This document shows, piece after piece, positions 26,401 through 39,783 of a stretch of DNA of 64,000 bases. The translations under genes were made by a program, and so were the position numbers. Each line of letters starts with the position of its first letter. Position 1 is the stretch's first letter. The notes under the pieces are model-generated. The model did no database searches. It had not been told where the DNA came from and was given only the letters and a program-made list of their open reading frames with translations. The stretch is from Eledone cirrhosa (lineage: Eukaryota): assembly GCA_964016885.1 (NCBI GenBank), contig OZ024743.1, positions 341,124,001-341,188,000 of the forward strand, written 5' to 3'.

Positions 26401-26466
26401 ATAAACCTTTCATGGATTTACACAAGTCCATCCTCCTGTTATTTTATTATAATATATATATATATA

Positions 26467-26810
26467 TGGTGGCTGCCCCCTCGTTATCGAGTATGGCCAT
26501 TGCACGATATACATTATTAATTAATTCTATCGTGCAATGCCTGTGCGTGAAGATATTTTTTAAAGAGAGGAAAGACTGTGCACTGAGCCAATCCCACTCT
26601 CTGAGCGACAGTAGCTATAACCCGAAAAGAAGAAAAGATCAACATCATCGGGAACTACTGAGCCGCAGGTTTTATATCGGAGTTATCCCAGTTTCCTGAG
26701 TTGCCTTCTCCTAAAAAAAACGCCCTGACAAAGGCTAGGAGTCCTTCTCTCCCAGTGGTTAAACCGCGCAATCGGGTGTCCAGCCCGACTATTTCTATGT
26801 TCCCGCGCAT
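26467..26810 (-). mobile_element. Partial copy of the ~525-bp non-coding family
   Basis: atggtggctgccccctcgttatcgagtatggcc matches the reverse complement of the 3' end at 49100-49134; abuts (TA)n. Confidence 0.65.
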
Positions 26811-26985
26811 ATACATGCACATGCACCCATGTATATACACATATACATACATATGTACATGTGTATATACATATTTACACACTTTTGGATGGCCGTTGAC
26901 TCTTATGAGTTCTTTCGCCCTTTGTATATATATATATATATATATATAATATAAGATCAAAAGATGGTTAAAGGAGTTCCATATA

Positions 26986-27052
26986 TTTTATTATGCGCAT
27001 TTCAAAAACAAACATCATCAAGCAATAATATTTGTGTTTTCATCAGATAAAA
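26986..27052 (-). ncRNA. Type I hammerhead ribozyme of the Naiad-like element
   Basis: ttttat CTGATGA [aaacacaaatattatt gct tgatgatgtttgttttt] GAAA tgcgca TA ataaaa. Confidence 0.8.
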
Positions 27053-28038
27053 GAGGAGAACATGATATGAAGGCTAAAAAACACTTGTGGATAGTGCAGT
27101 TTTAAATCAACATATGAAAAGTGGTTTTAGATTGATGTGTGATATTGGGAACAATATTTTATTTAGAGAGGGGGGGGGGGGGGAAGATGAAAAGGGAAGG
27201 AGATGAGAGGTAGAGATGGGTGATAGAGAGAAAGAGATAGTTTTTATAACTGAGAGGAGATATATTTTTTACATAGAGGGGTTGAAAACCGTTGGAAGAT
27301 ACTGTATAAATTAAAAATTTTGAAAATTAACGAAGGGAGGATATGTGCGAGGAAAAGATATTTTATTTAGGGAGGGGGTGGGGTGGAAAGGATAAAAAAA
27401 GGGGGAGGAGATGAGAGTGAAGGTGGAGAGGGAGAGATGGGTGATAGAGAGAAAGAGATAGTTTTTATAACTGAGAAAAAGATATATTGTTTTAATATAG
27501 AGAGGTTGGGAACCGTTGGAAGATAATGTATAAATTAAAGGAATTTGAAAATTAACGAAGGGAAATTATGTATGAAGATAGAGAGAAAAAAATAATAATT
27601 GTGGGTGAATATTCTAACGTCAAAAGAAGAAATGTATGTATTGTGGCAATTTCAAAATTAGCGAAGAGAAAAATTGTTAAGGTTTGTGTGTAGAAGGATT
27701 TGAGAAAAATAATGTGAAGTTAAAGTTTGTATATTGAATTGATAATATGTGCGAATAAAGAGTTAATATGTATTAATAATGAGTTCGTTGATGGGGAGAA
27801 AAAAATAATAATAAATTAAGGATGAAATTGAGATTAAAAAGATTTATGATAGAGAGAAAAAATAATAATGATTGCGGATGAATATTCAAAATGTCAAAAA
27901 CAAATGTTATTATTTTACGAGAAGATAGAATGAGGGTAATGAGTAAACGAGTATTATAGAGTGTATAATGCCCTTTAAAGTAAGGTAGATGGGTATATTT
28001 TAAAGAGGTGTATGTATATGTGCCTTTGAGAAAAGATT

Positions 28039-30069
28039 CTAAATTGATAAAGAATTGAATATTAACTGTATACTTTGTGAAAAAGTTCTATGGAATTTAT
28101 GCAGGCAGATAGAAAACAAATCTGAGCGTCTATTTATTATAGAATCTAGGTTAGAGATAATGGTAAATTTTTCATTTAGGCAGAGATTACAGATTTTAGA
28201 TAGAGAGCTGTTCAAGTATGAGGATGCAGAAGAAATCTTCTTCCAAAAGATAGTATATTTAATGTTTTTGTCTTTTAAGGACCATATGAGTTCTGAGAGA
28301 GCAGTGTTAGTTCTTTTAAGTTTGTATTTGAAAGATGAATGATGATTATAGAGACGAGCTTTAAAAGAGGTGGAAGTGGAGCCAAAATAGGTGAAGGAAT
28401 TGGTGCTAGTTATAATTTTACATCCATAAATTAAGTTTTTATCGAGGCAATGGTTGTTGAGAGGACATTTATTTTTAATGCGGCAGTTGCAATTAGAGAG
28501 ATTATTAATGAGTGATCTAGTGTTATCTATAGAAGGAATTGGATTGGAGAAGTTGTTTGCGATAGGAATAATAGGAATAATAGTTTCTTGATTTAGAGTT
28601 GGATTATGAACATTTAGCGAAGTTGTGTTTGACGTTGTATTTGGGTTTACAGAAGTTAGCCTAGGGTTTACAATGACGTCGTGAGTACTATTACTGTTAT
28701 TATGAAATTCAATATTGGAAGGAAGAGATTTAGTATTTAATATTTTGTTGTTGTGTTTAGAGATGATGTTGGAAATATTGGAGGATGTAGAATACGAAAA
28801 TTTGATGGTGTGTTTGTTACATATTTTACTATAGATATGTGAGGGAGGGAAGCATTTATTTAAGGCACTAAAAAATAATTTAGGAATATTGTTATTAATA
28901 GAGATGGAGAAAGGAGCATTATACCAGATTATGTTTTTGTATCTAGGTCTTTTATTAAAATTATTGGAATGGTCATGATTAATTATTCTACTGTAAGTTT
29001 TCCTAGAATTTGTTTCTTTATTATATTTGATTTTATCTGGATAGCCGGCTTTAGAAAGTGCGTTATTATAGTAATTGGCGTTAGCATCAAAGATGTTTTT
29101 ATTAGAAGATATGTTAGATATTCTATTTCCAATATTATTAACTATAGCATTCTTGATATTGGTAGGATGGTTAGATTTAAAGTTAACATAATTAAGGTTC
29201 TCATTGTTTTTATGGTAAGGGTAATATAGGCCAGTGTCAAGATTAAGAGATACATCCAAGAAATTAGCTAGTTTGATACTATTATCAAATTCAATTTTTA
29301 GGTTATGTTGGTTAAAGAGATTACGTATATTGTTCTTAATAATATTAAGTTTAACTATATTGCAATTTAGGATAGTAAAGAGTCCATCGTCACGATAAAT
29401 TCCACCGCGAAGTTGAGGAATTTTCCGACTCAAAGAGTTCAAAATGAAGATACCAATTAAATCAGTCAATTGGGATGAATCGGATGCTCCCATTGTGATG
29501 TCGAAGTTGTTAGAGGTATCGGCTCTGGTCCAATATTCGTTGTTGAACTCTAGGATGGTTTTACGTGCGGTGAGGATGATATGAAGTTCATCTGTGGTGA
29601 TGTCAGAATATTTAAGTGCGAAAGATAGAGCATTATTGAGAAGTGAAGGCGAAATGGAGGAATAGTAGCTGGCAATATCAAATTGAATAAATTTTAGTTT
29701 GTTTTTATTATCCAATTTGTTGAACCAGCTAATCACTTCAGAAGTACCAAACCATAAATTTAGGTTTAAAGAAGAGCAATTAGAACTAACCTGTGGGATA
29801 ATCCTATCCAAGATGGCTTTACTAACAACCCCCAGATTAGATTTAGAGGGGGCGATTAATCTAACAGGTAGTTCAGTGCGAAAATTGTTTTTGTGATCCT
29901 TGAGATTTATCCTCGGAGTTCTTGGGAGGAATGGTTCGGTCTCTTTTTCAATGCCAAGTTTTGACATAATCTCATAGGCTTCAAGGTTTATGCATTCTAA
30001 ATTTTCATGGTTGGTTTTACGATACTTTTTCCTAAGTTCCTTTAGGATAAGGTTGTTATAATTATCCAT
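28039..30069 (-). CDS. PLE polyprotein (RT + GIY-YIG), Naiad-like; open for 676 aa but N-terminally frameshifted
   Basis: LKDHK..F...VRLIAPSKS, FIQFDIASYYSSI, FDITMGASDS, IYRDDGL, FLDVSLNL, SNHP, CNCR...CPL...C, YFGSTSTSFKARLYNH, CNLCLNEK. Confidence 0.88.
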   Translation of the reverse strand: MDNYNNLILKELRKKYRKTNHENLECINLEAYEIMSKLGIEKETEPFLPRTPRINLKDHKNNFRTELPVRLIAPSKSNLGVVSKAILDRIIPQVSSNCSSLNLNLWFGTSEVISWFNKLDNKNKLKFIQFDIASYYSSISPSLLNNALSFALKYSDITTDELHIILTARKTILEFNNEYWTRADTSNNFDITMGASDSSQLTDLIGIFILNSLSRKIPQLRGGIYRDDGLFTILNCNIVKLNIIKNNIRNLFNQHNLKIEFDNSIKLANFLDVSLNLDTGLYYPYHKNNENLNYVNFKSNHPTNIKNAIVNNIGNRISNISSNKNIFDANANYYNNALSKAGYPDKIKYNKETNSRKTYSRIINHDHSNNFNKRPRYKNIIWYNAPFSISINNNIPKLFFSALNKCFPPSHIYSKICNKHTIKFSYSTSSNISNIISKHNNKILNTKSLPSNIEFHNNSNSTHDVIVNPRLTSVNPNTTSNTTSLNVHNPTLNQETIIPIIPIANNFSNPIPSIDNTRSLINNLSNCNCRIKNKCPLNNHCLDKNLIYGCKIITSTNSFTYFGSTSTSFKARLYNHHSSFKYKLKRTNTALSELIWSLKDKNIKYTIFWKKISSASSYLNSSLSKICNLCLNEKFTIISNLDSIINRRSDLFSICLHKFHRTFSQSIQLIFNSLSI

Positions 30070-30461
30070 ATAGGTTATTGGTTTTGTCAGAGTGGACTAA
30101 AACATTTTTTGAGGAATTTAGGTTAGAGATTGTGTTCTTGAGATTTACAAGGTGCTCTTGTCCTTTGTAATTTAAGATTTTTTATTATTTTAGTTAATTC
30201 TTCCTCGAATTGTACTAGATTTTTGTTGGAAGAAGGATTTCGTCTAGAATTAAAAAGATGATCGAGTCCCACAAACTGTAGAGTGCTTCTTATCCGATAT
30301 CTGCATTGCTTTATTGTACTACAATAAAACTCACCTCCTACATATATATATATATATATATATACATACACACGCATATATATATGTGTGTGTCTGTGTG
30401 TGTACAATGTATACATATACAATCTTACATACACACACAATCACGCATACACACACATACA

Positions 30462-30576
<115 letters not shown>

Positions 30577-32207
30577 TTATATAAAAGTCTTAGTATTAAA
30601 TATTAGACGATATTTATGCTTGTTTAATATAACAGACACTAAAAATGAAACATGGCCATGGGATACATAACTTCTACATTAAATAACTTTTCATTTTTTT
30701 TTATGGTGTGATGTTAATGAATAGTATATATACCAGGTATATTCCTATAGGTTTAATTATTATAGTTCTGTTGTCCGACATAAACTCAGTTTATGTAAAA
30801 CATGTCGCTGGTCTCCTAAACAAAGAACAGATTTCTTACTTATCAGTCAATATGTACTTAAGTTTTGGAATTATCTTTAAACTTTACTATTAATTGCTTC
30901 TAGGCTATGTTCTCTGTCGCTGTGCTCCTAAATAATGAACAGATTCCTTAATTAACGGTGAATGTATACATATTTTTTGAAATTATCACCTTTTCTTGTT
31001 TAAAGATGTTAGCTGGTCACGAGACAAAACTTAATATAGTTAGAATCTATGGCGTACTGAAAACAACTCTCTTATTTAAATTCAGTCTAACGTTTATTTT
31101 GTGTTATTTTTTATTATTCCATTTTAGATTTAATTATGCAGATTGTCCTATACTAGACACATTTTGCAATTTGTTAAATTAGGTAATATCCTATACTAAC
31201 TGAAGAGAACACTGTTTTGCCAATTAGGTTAAATCACAGCCGTAATGAAACTTCATAGCTGTTCCAAATGATCAGAATGATCTTTTTTACGTATGTTAAT
31301 TCGTACATAAATATAGTAGTAGGCTTTTGAACACATCATCGCTTGTATATCAGAGTTTCCAGAAGGATCCCATTATCTATACACGAGAACATTTAGATAC
31401 AGCAAAATTTAACAAACACAGTATTCACTACATTACCCGGCAACATATTTATATATACTTCTTCCATTTATATGGAATTTTCATTTTAAAGGCTTGGTTG
31501 TTTTATTTATTCCCCACAACATAACTTTTTTTGGACGTTTATAAAATCGTTCTTATTGCTAACTTGTGTGATCAGACTTATAGTCTTAAATTGTAATATT
31601 ATAAAAACCAAGATCTTTTTAAATCCTTAAGCATTATTTTGAAATGCTTAAATCCTTAAGCTTTATTTTAAATGCATGTTTACTCTGTCCTGTATTACCT
31701 AACTTTTCAGCATCAATTTTGTCCACACCCATATATGGACTTTTACTGTACTTCATTTATTTGTAACCACACGTATTTTACGTTATTTTATCACATTTTA
31801 TCTGCTCCTGATTTGTTATCAACTCCTATTTTTCACATGTATTCGGCCGCCATTGTTTGGTTACTTTGTATAAATATTGATGCTTGCTCTTATCTAACCT
31901 CTCATAATATGTATCCTCTAAATATTATTGAAGCAAAGTTTAGATCTTATATTTGTAATAACTCTGATACTTGATATATTACACAGAGCTACATTCATAC
32001 TTCTAGCTGGGTAATATTTAATATTACTCACCATATAGATATTCTTAAAAAGACAACAGTTGCATTTCTGGTTTCTTTTCCTTCTCTCTATATATATAAC
32101 CATCTCAAGTCTACCTTTGAAAAGCACAAGAACTGCGAAACCGGTAAAGGAACCAAATATATATTCTTAAAAAGTCTCCAGTTGCATTTTCGGTTTCATC
32201 TTTTTTC

Positions 32208-32264
<57 letters not shown>

Positions 32265-32819
32265 GCATACATGTCTAGATATGCCAATTTCAGAAAGTCT
32301 TATCAAGATTTTAGCTGGTTCGAACTATCTGAGTTCTGAAACATGTAGCAACGAGTAATGAAGCAATTGTATCTAAACAATAAAATTGGGGAGGGTGTAT
32401 GTTTCTGCAGCTTGTGTGTTATCGGAAGCTTAAATATGCCACTCAGCATTTCTAATTTAAACATCTGCTTTTGCTTGTAGTATTTACATCATTATTAAGC
32501 ATCACCTATTTAATTCATAAATTTTGAAATATTCTGCTTATGACATGTTTTGCTGATTATATTTATTTTTGTAGAAGACATTAGAATTAATATCAATGTG
32601 CTATTTACTGAGATTTAGCAAACATTGCTTCCAATGTAACACTCAGAATAATTATTATATGTGGTGTGATGCAAGACAATGGCCCATAATAAAATGTTCG
32701 AATAAACAGTGACTTATTATTTGATTTAACTCTTCAAATGGGCACATGTCACAGTTAGCCGGACTGTTCAAATCTAGCTGTAGAAACCGCTGGAGCTCAG
32801 ATGTCGGGGTCTTGACCCC

Positions 32820-32940
32820 ATTAGGATGAAAGGCAAAGTTAATGCCGAGGTTACCTTTTCCTCTCATCCTTACGGGGTCGATAAAATACAGTACTAGTAA
32901 TACACTGGGTAATTGCTGGCCTTGTACCAAGAGTAGAAAC
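32820..32940. mobile_element. Fold-back SINE family 1 fragment; another 3' fragment at 33158-33256 (-)
   Basis: ggatgaaaggcaaagttaa followed by the sense-strand SINE 3' half. Confidence 0.6.
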
Positions 32941-33009
32941 TATATATATATATATATAAGCATATGTATGTATATGTACATATATATTTATATTTATACA
33001 TATACACAC

Positions 33010-33115
<106 letters not shown>

Positions 33116-34339
33116 ATACATATAACTCTCTTTCTATATGTATACAAGTACATAATAATTGTTTCTACTTTAGGCACAAGGCCAGCAAATACCCAGTACA
33201 TTACTGGTACTTTATTTTATCGACCCCGTAAGGATGAAAGGCAAAGTTAACCTCGAATATATATATATATATATGATATTGTGTACATATATCATGTATT
33301 TGTTTGTTGTGCATTTGACATACATTTTGCGAGCGAAATTCGAATTGGAAACTATAGGTAGACAGTAGGAAGAAATCAGTTAGAATTCTATAATTTCGGA
33401 TTTTCGTTTGTTTTCGTTTGTTTTTTTATTTTGTTTATCGTTTTCTTCGGTACAATTTTTCTTTTTATCTAGATATGGTCTATTTTATAAAGAGTATAAG
33501 CTAAAAGATAAGGTCTATTTTATAAAGAGTATCAGCAAAAATAGCATGTTGGGTATAGTAATTCAATGTGTAAGAAATGATAACGTTTTCAATAGTTGTA
33601 GCCGAGTTAGGAGTTTTAAAGTAAAAACTCATCTGTTGCTTTCGATTACACCGCAGAGCCACAGAAAATTAGCAATTATATATATATATATATATACACA
33701 ACATTGGTATTAGTATTGGTGCTCTAAAATAGTCAGGTATGCATTAATATATGTATAGTATAGTTGGCAATGTACCGCATGTTTAATTAAAAACGTTAGA
33801 ATCAATTTTAAAGTAGTGACTATGTCACTTACTTATTTTCGGCAAAGGCCGGGAGAGAGGCTGACAGTCTGTTTCTCGCTGCTTGGCGTTTAACAAAACC
33901 ACGCACTCCCCTGCCTTTGCCGAAAATTATAGAAGCTGGATTCTTATAGAATTCCAGTAATAAACAGGAGCTGATTATACAGAGCGATTGCCGGTCGAGC
34001 AAAAATTAGGTTTTAGTATTGGTGCTCTGAAATAGCGATGTATATATGGATCTATGTATAGTATATTTGGCAATCAAAAAGCGAGAAACAGACTTTTTCC
34101 CAGCCTTTTGCCGAAAAGAAGTAAGTGACATCGTCACTACTTTAAAACTGATAGCGAATGGTCTTCTAACTGTTTTTAATTAAACATACGGTATATTGCC
34201 AAACTCATCCACAGCTATTATTTAGGGTAGGTGTGTTTGAGTTTTATATATTTTATTTTTTATCATACATAGAATGTATTTTGTGGTGTAGTACTCTATA
34301 ATCCCTATGTCCATGGATACTATATATATATATATATTT

Positions 34340-35312
34340 CTTTAAGTCGATTGGAAGCCTCGACAATGCAGATATGTAAATCTCCGAGTAACAAGATCCG
34401 GTGGTGGAGAGAGAGATGTAAGTGGATGTACGTTGAGATGCGTGGCGTCATCTTTCCGGAAACACATAGCCAAATGCGGAAACAAAGACGGAAGGCCCAT
34501 TGTCACAATTTTAGCGACAGAAAGAAACGTCGGCACGTTACGTATCAAGGAAGGACTTTGGATCAAACGCCTAGGGCTACAATTAAATAACCGATCCGAG
34601 AGAAGCGAAATGAGCTGGTTGGTTTAAGTTAACAAACGATGCAGCAACACACGCACACACACACACACACAAGGGAGACAGCAACACACGCATACACACA
34701 CACACTCACAGTAGCATTCCACCATACGAACATACTACACTGCCAATACAGAGGAACAAGGCAACAACACACGCACTCACACACACACTCAAGCGAGACA
34801 ACAACACACGCACACACACACACAGTAACATTCACCAAACAGGCAGAGAATGGACTGACAGCTAGTGCCACCCCACTTCCACAATTGAAAGAACTACCTC
34901 GGCCGCTTACCTCTGCCTGACCGACCCCATTTCACGCGCACATGCGCTCTGCTGAATACCTCAGATATTCAAAACAACGAACAGCGGAGGACACGTTTCG
35001 CACCTTTCCGACAGACAACCTTCGCCCCCCCCCCCCCCCCGGAAAAAACCCAGTTGATGGACGTGAATCCGAAATATATAGGGACAATTAAATCTCTCCC
35101 AAGGTAATTCTTTCTCGTGTTGTTATTTTTATGTTTATCCTTTACGCTCTTTCCTTCATACCTCTACACGTTACAGTCTTATACACGCCACGCATCTCAA
35201 CGTACACCCACTTACATCTCTCTCTCCACCACCGGATCTTGTTATCCGGAGATTTACCCATCTGCATTGTCGAGGCTTCCAAACGACTTAAAGAAATCTA
35301 CCTTATTATTCC
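34340..35312 (+). mobile_element. 3' end (pLTR) of the same PLE family as 18535-20456, with an inverted 5' piece (34340-34445)
   Basis: C-terminus SSFRKH..TLRIKEGLWIKRL..QLN; close match to the reverse complement of 18540-19340. Confidence 0.85.
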
Positions 35313-36479
35313 ACAATGCTTCAAGCAAACTTCAATACTCTCATATATATATATATATATATATATGTTTGAGTGTTGAATGAAGATCGCTGGTATATTC
35401 AACACTGAAACTTTAATATTGTGAGGAAACATAAACAAGAGACATTGAAAAGCCTAACCTTGTAAAGGAGATTCAAATCAGCGCAGCTGGGAATATAGTA
35501 TAGAATATAAGTAACGATGATCGCTGTTATTAAGTCAACGTTTTCCGGCCAATGTCTAGCTGACCCAATGAATCTACCGAATTGCAGTAATGCAGCTGCA
35601 ATTAGGTCTTCACAATGCACATATTTAGTTAATAGCAGATGCGGTGGCTCTGTTTTGGTAGAGATAAAAGTAAATATCTCAACTCCTGGACGATATGGTT
35701 TATGTGCACAAATGCAGATATTACATCCACAATGTTCAGAAAGTCACGCGATATCAGCAGATGTTTGTGTACCTTAGTTTCTGACTTCCAAATTTCAAAA
35801 TTTCATTCACAAACGATTGTTTAATCCTTTGCTATGGAATAGATATTGCTCGTGGAAATTATATTCGTGAGGAAAAAAAGAAATGAAATGTTCCAGATTC
35901 GATCCTTTCGTCGAGAGTGGTCGGTGTGTGGTGATTGAAATATCTTCACTACTTTCCGATTTATATCAATTACACAGAATTTATTCATATTACCATCGAT
36001 AAAATAGTCAAGCCTGAACCTCATACCACTTTCTTCTCTTGCAGTAACTACATTTACTGTATTTTTGTTGTTGACGCAATACCTTAACCGTTTCAAGCGA
36101 TTTTGTATGTTACTGTTTGAAAGAGAAGATTGTGATCAATTTTCTTTACCTTGATAAAAGTTAAAGGAATGCAAAATCAATTCATCAAACTGCTTCCAAA
36201 CACCAAAATTTAATTTAGTGTTATTTATCAATAGCTGTATCTTAAATCAATTACTGAAAATATGGAAGAAAATATGCAGTGTTTGAAAAACTTAAAGATC
36301 AAAATCTTCTAGATATTACTTTAGCGAAACCAGATACCTAAACATAGTAATTTCTTAAAACAGGTACATTACGTCTATGTGTGTGTGCATCTGTATCTCT
36401 CTCATTCTCTCTCTCTTTCTCTCTCTTTCTCTCTCTTTCTCTATCTCGCTCGCTCTCTCTCTCCCTATATACACACACA

Positions 36480-36554
<75 letters not shown>

Positions 36555-36585
36555 ATATATATATATATACATATATATATATACA

Positions 36586-36671
<86 letters not shown>

Positions 36672-37149
36672 CATATCTATATAAGGACAAAAAAAAAAAA
36701 ACGGTTCCATACTATATGAACACACCAGACAAAAACATGACGGTAATATAGACAACATAGAAATTAAATTATATCTAAGCATAGAAATGACTCTACAGGT
36801 AGGCAAATTAGAGAAGCAACTGAGATAGAAATAAAAGACCGAAGTTAAACGGAAAGAACGAATGGAATAACAACAACAACCATACCCAAACAAACAATAA
36901 TGACTTAAGGGAAATATAAATAAATAAATATATACACAAGTACAATAACAACAAACACATATAAAAGTACACTAGTGAACAAAGATAGAATACAAAAACA
37001 AAAACACATACACTCAAACGATAAAACACACACCAAACACTATACACAAACGCAAACGCATGCGCAGAGACAGAGACAAGAATAAATATATAAATTAATA
37101 GAAATAAAAATGGCGTAGACGTACAATACAACAGGAGGAAACATACTAG

Positions 37150-37196
37150 TGCCACTGATGATGTTGCAGATGTGCAACGAAAGAACTTTGATAGAC
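37150..37196 (+). ncRNA. Hammerhead motif in an A-rich PLE-like 3' tail (36690-37260)
   Basis: CTGATGA t gttgca gatg tgcaac GAAA gaac TT tga; stem I imperfect. Confidence 0.55.
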
Positions 37197-37387
37197 TATT
37201 TTTATATTCACTTATAATATATCTGTATATTTAACCGCTGGTCAATCTATGATGAATATTGATTGCCAAATAAATTACCTGTGGAGATATAAAAGATACA
37301 GAAGCGAAAACCAACCAAACACTGAGTGTGTTCTGTTATTATTTCTGGCAATATTACAACAATATGACCCTCTCCAAGTATAACCAT

Positions 37388-37494
<107 letters not shown>

Positions 37495-37829
37495 GAGGTT
37501 ATATTTAATTTGTTGGGATACAACAAGCAAAAATATTTTTATAACTGATATAAAACACTCAACAAATTATTGGAGTAAATATACGACCGTGAAGGTTTCA
37601 TTTTTCAGGGTATGTCAATATTTATTTATAAAACTAATCTATATTATATTTTATCTCATGAAAGCGCACCATAATCTGCCTTGGTGGCCCTTGAAATATG
37701 TATAATGAAATAAATATTGTTTTATAAATATAGTTTCCATTTGTTAATATATTGTATATATATATATATAGAGAGAGAGAGATAGGCAAACACACACACA
37801 TATATATATAACTGTGGGTGGATTCCCAA

Positions 37830-39120
37830 AGGATATCCTCACACGATTACTTTGATTTAACACTATTCTTAACGACATCGATATTTCTTATCCAAGAATG
37901 TTGTCAATGCATTGCTCGTGAGACCAATAAACTACGCAAGGCATTCAAATTAAATATCAATTTCTTTGAGATATTTCTTTTCTGACAGGCTTAACTTCAA
38001 TAAACCAATTATTGCTTTCCTACCTCTCATTAAAAGTTTTACCTGTTTTTTTTAACAAGTTTTAGTCCGGGCTGCCCAATATTCCATTTCTGTCAATACT
38101 TTTTAAAATTTCTTTCTTGATTTTCTTCGTTGTTGCTTTGTGTCTTTTTAGGGTCTAACAAAATGCAGTTTGTGAGTTTTTCATCCCCTGTTATCATTTA
38201 CCCATATGACATATCTGGTCTAATTGCATTTTAACAATTTTATCAGACTATTCATTTCGTTTTCATTTCGTTCTCTTTTATAAGCTTTCCACGTTCTTCC
38301 AATGATAACGTGTTTCTTGCTATGCTCATTTATTTTGTAGCTTGCCTGTTAGATTTTATTTATCGAGTTCCACATTTCCTCACCATAAAAAAAATTCGGA
38401 TGACACATTGGTTGTACATTTCCTTTCTACAGATTAGGGACATTTTCCAAGATAATTTGCTGTTTTATTTTATTTACTGTACCTAGCTATGTTATACCTA
38501 AGGAAATGGAGATTGTCTAATTATATTTGAACAGATTGAATCAGAATCAGTTCTTCGAGCATTGTCTTGTTTTCTTTCCTTTTAGACCTACTGCATTACT
38601 TTCTGCATCCATTTATTCTAACATTGTTTGGGGTTTGGTTTACTAGAGTAATATGGCGGGTGAGAATTTCGCTATTGTCTTTGAAATCTTTTCATTTCGT
38701 CCTCACCTAAGTGCAGGTTTTTGAAACGCAATTTCTAAGAAAGGCTGCCAATGGTTTCGTAGATATAAATTCTCCCGTGGCTTATCCGCTTATGTGCCGG
38801 AAAAGGGTCCAAATCTTTGTACAGTCAATCGAATGTGGCATAGTGGCGGATGTGATTTACACAATTAACATATGCTGGCTCTACATCTTTGTCTGTTACA
38901 ATTCTCATCATTGCTAGTATTTCTACCAAATTGAACGCCGTTTCATAGTCCACATAATGTATGCACTGTGAGATGTTATATTTTGTTGAGTTTACGATTA
39001 GTGTTTCGTGGCAATTAGACGGTCAATATTAAGAAAAGACCACCTCAAAATTCCGCTTGCACTCGTGGCTGGTTATCAGTCAATTATTTTCTCCATGGCT
39101 CTTATAAAACGTGAACGTCG
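37830..39120 (-). pseudogene. Highly degenerate RTE-like RT relic
   Basis: Minus-strand remnants resembling FVDYETAFN, GFLRNC and a terminal W...RE motif; no open frame. Confidence 0.45.
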
Positions 39121-39695
39121 GTAGTTGGTGAAATCGTTTCTCTCTTACATTTTGTGCTGGGGAATAATTATTACATTGTTTCAAAATTTAGTGATTTTGC
39201 TTTGTTTGAGGTTTTCAATGGATTTAGTAAGTTTCTTAAAGATAGTTACTATTGCTCCTTTTACGACCACACCTGCTATGTTGTAGCAGCTTGAAGAATG
39301 TTTAGTTGCATAGTTGTGAGACATAATTACGCCATATTATGTAATTATTGGCTATTATAAGTTTATAGATTTGATGAGGATTTTTACTTTCTGTAAGTTG
39401 TTTTTTCTGCAATGAGACTATAGGCTGTTAGAAAACTTTATTCTTTCCTTGCAATTTTTTTGACTCGTGTAAAAAGATTAATATAATCGAATATTCACTC
39501 ACTTCACAAAAAAGTAATTTGTGTTAATATTGTAAAACGATTAATTAACGTTATGTATAGACCATGCTTTTGTAACAACAGAAAATCAAAGTTATATTTT
39601 TAAGGGCATTAATAACTTAATGCTACTTAAATTGATAGAGCAGAATATTTAGCATATACGAAATGCTCTAAAACACTATAATACACACACACAAA

Positions 39696-39783
<88 letters not shown>

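Larger units (their letters stand above)
26952..30280 (-). mobile_element. 5'-truncated Naiad-type Penelope-like element with 3' hammerhead, flanked by (TA)n
   Basis: Long RT-GIY-YIG ORF, ~1-kb 3'UTR with internal duplications, terminal HHR; N-terminal remnants (FEEEL..IIKNL; VHSDKTNNLY) in shifted frames. Confidence 0.85.

Noticed and set aside
28039-30280. Selenoprotein-type Naiad (in-frame UGA plus SECIS)
   Set aside because: No in-frame TGA in the ORF; upstream breaks are frameshifts; no convincing SECIS seen
35400-36300. Possible decayed Helitron or other coding relic on the minus strand
   Set aside because: No diagnostic motif could be read with confidence
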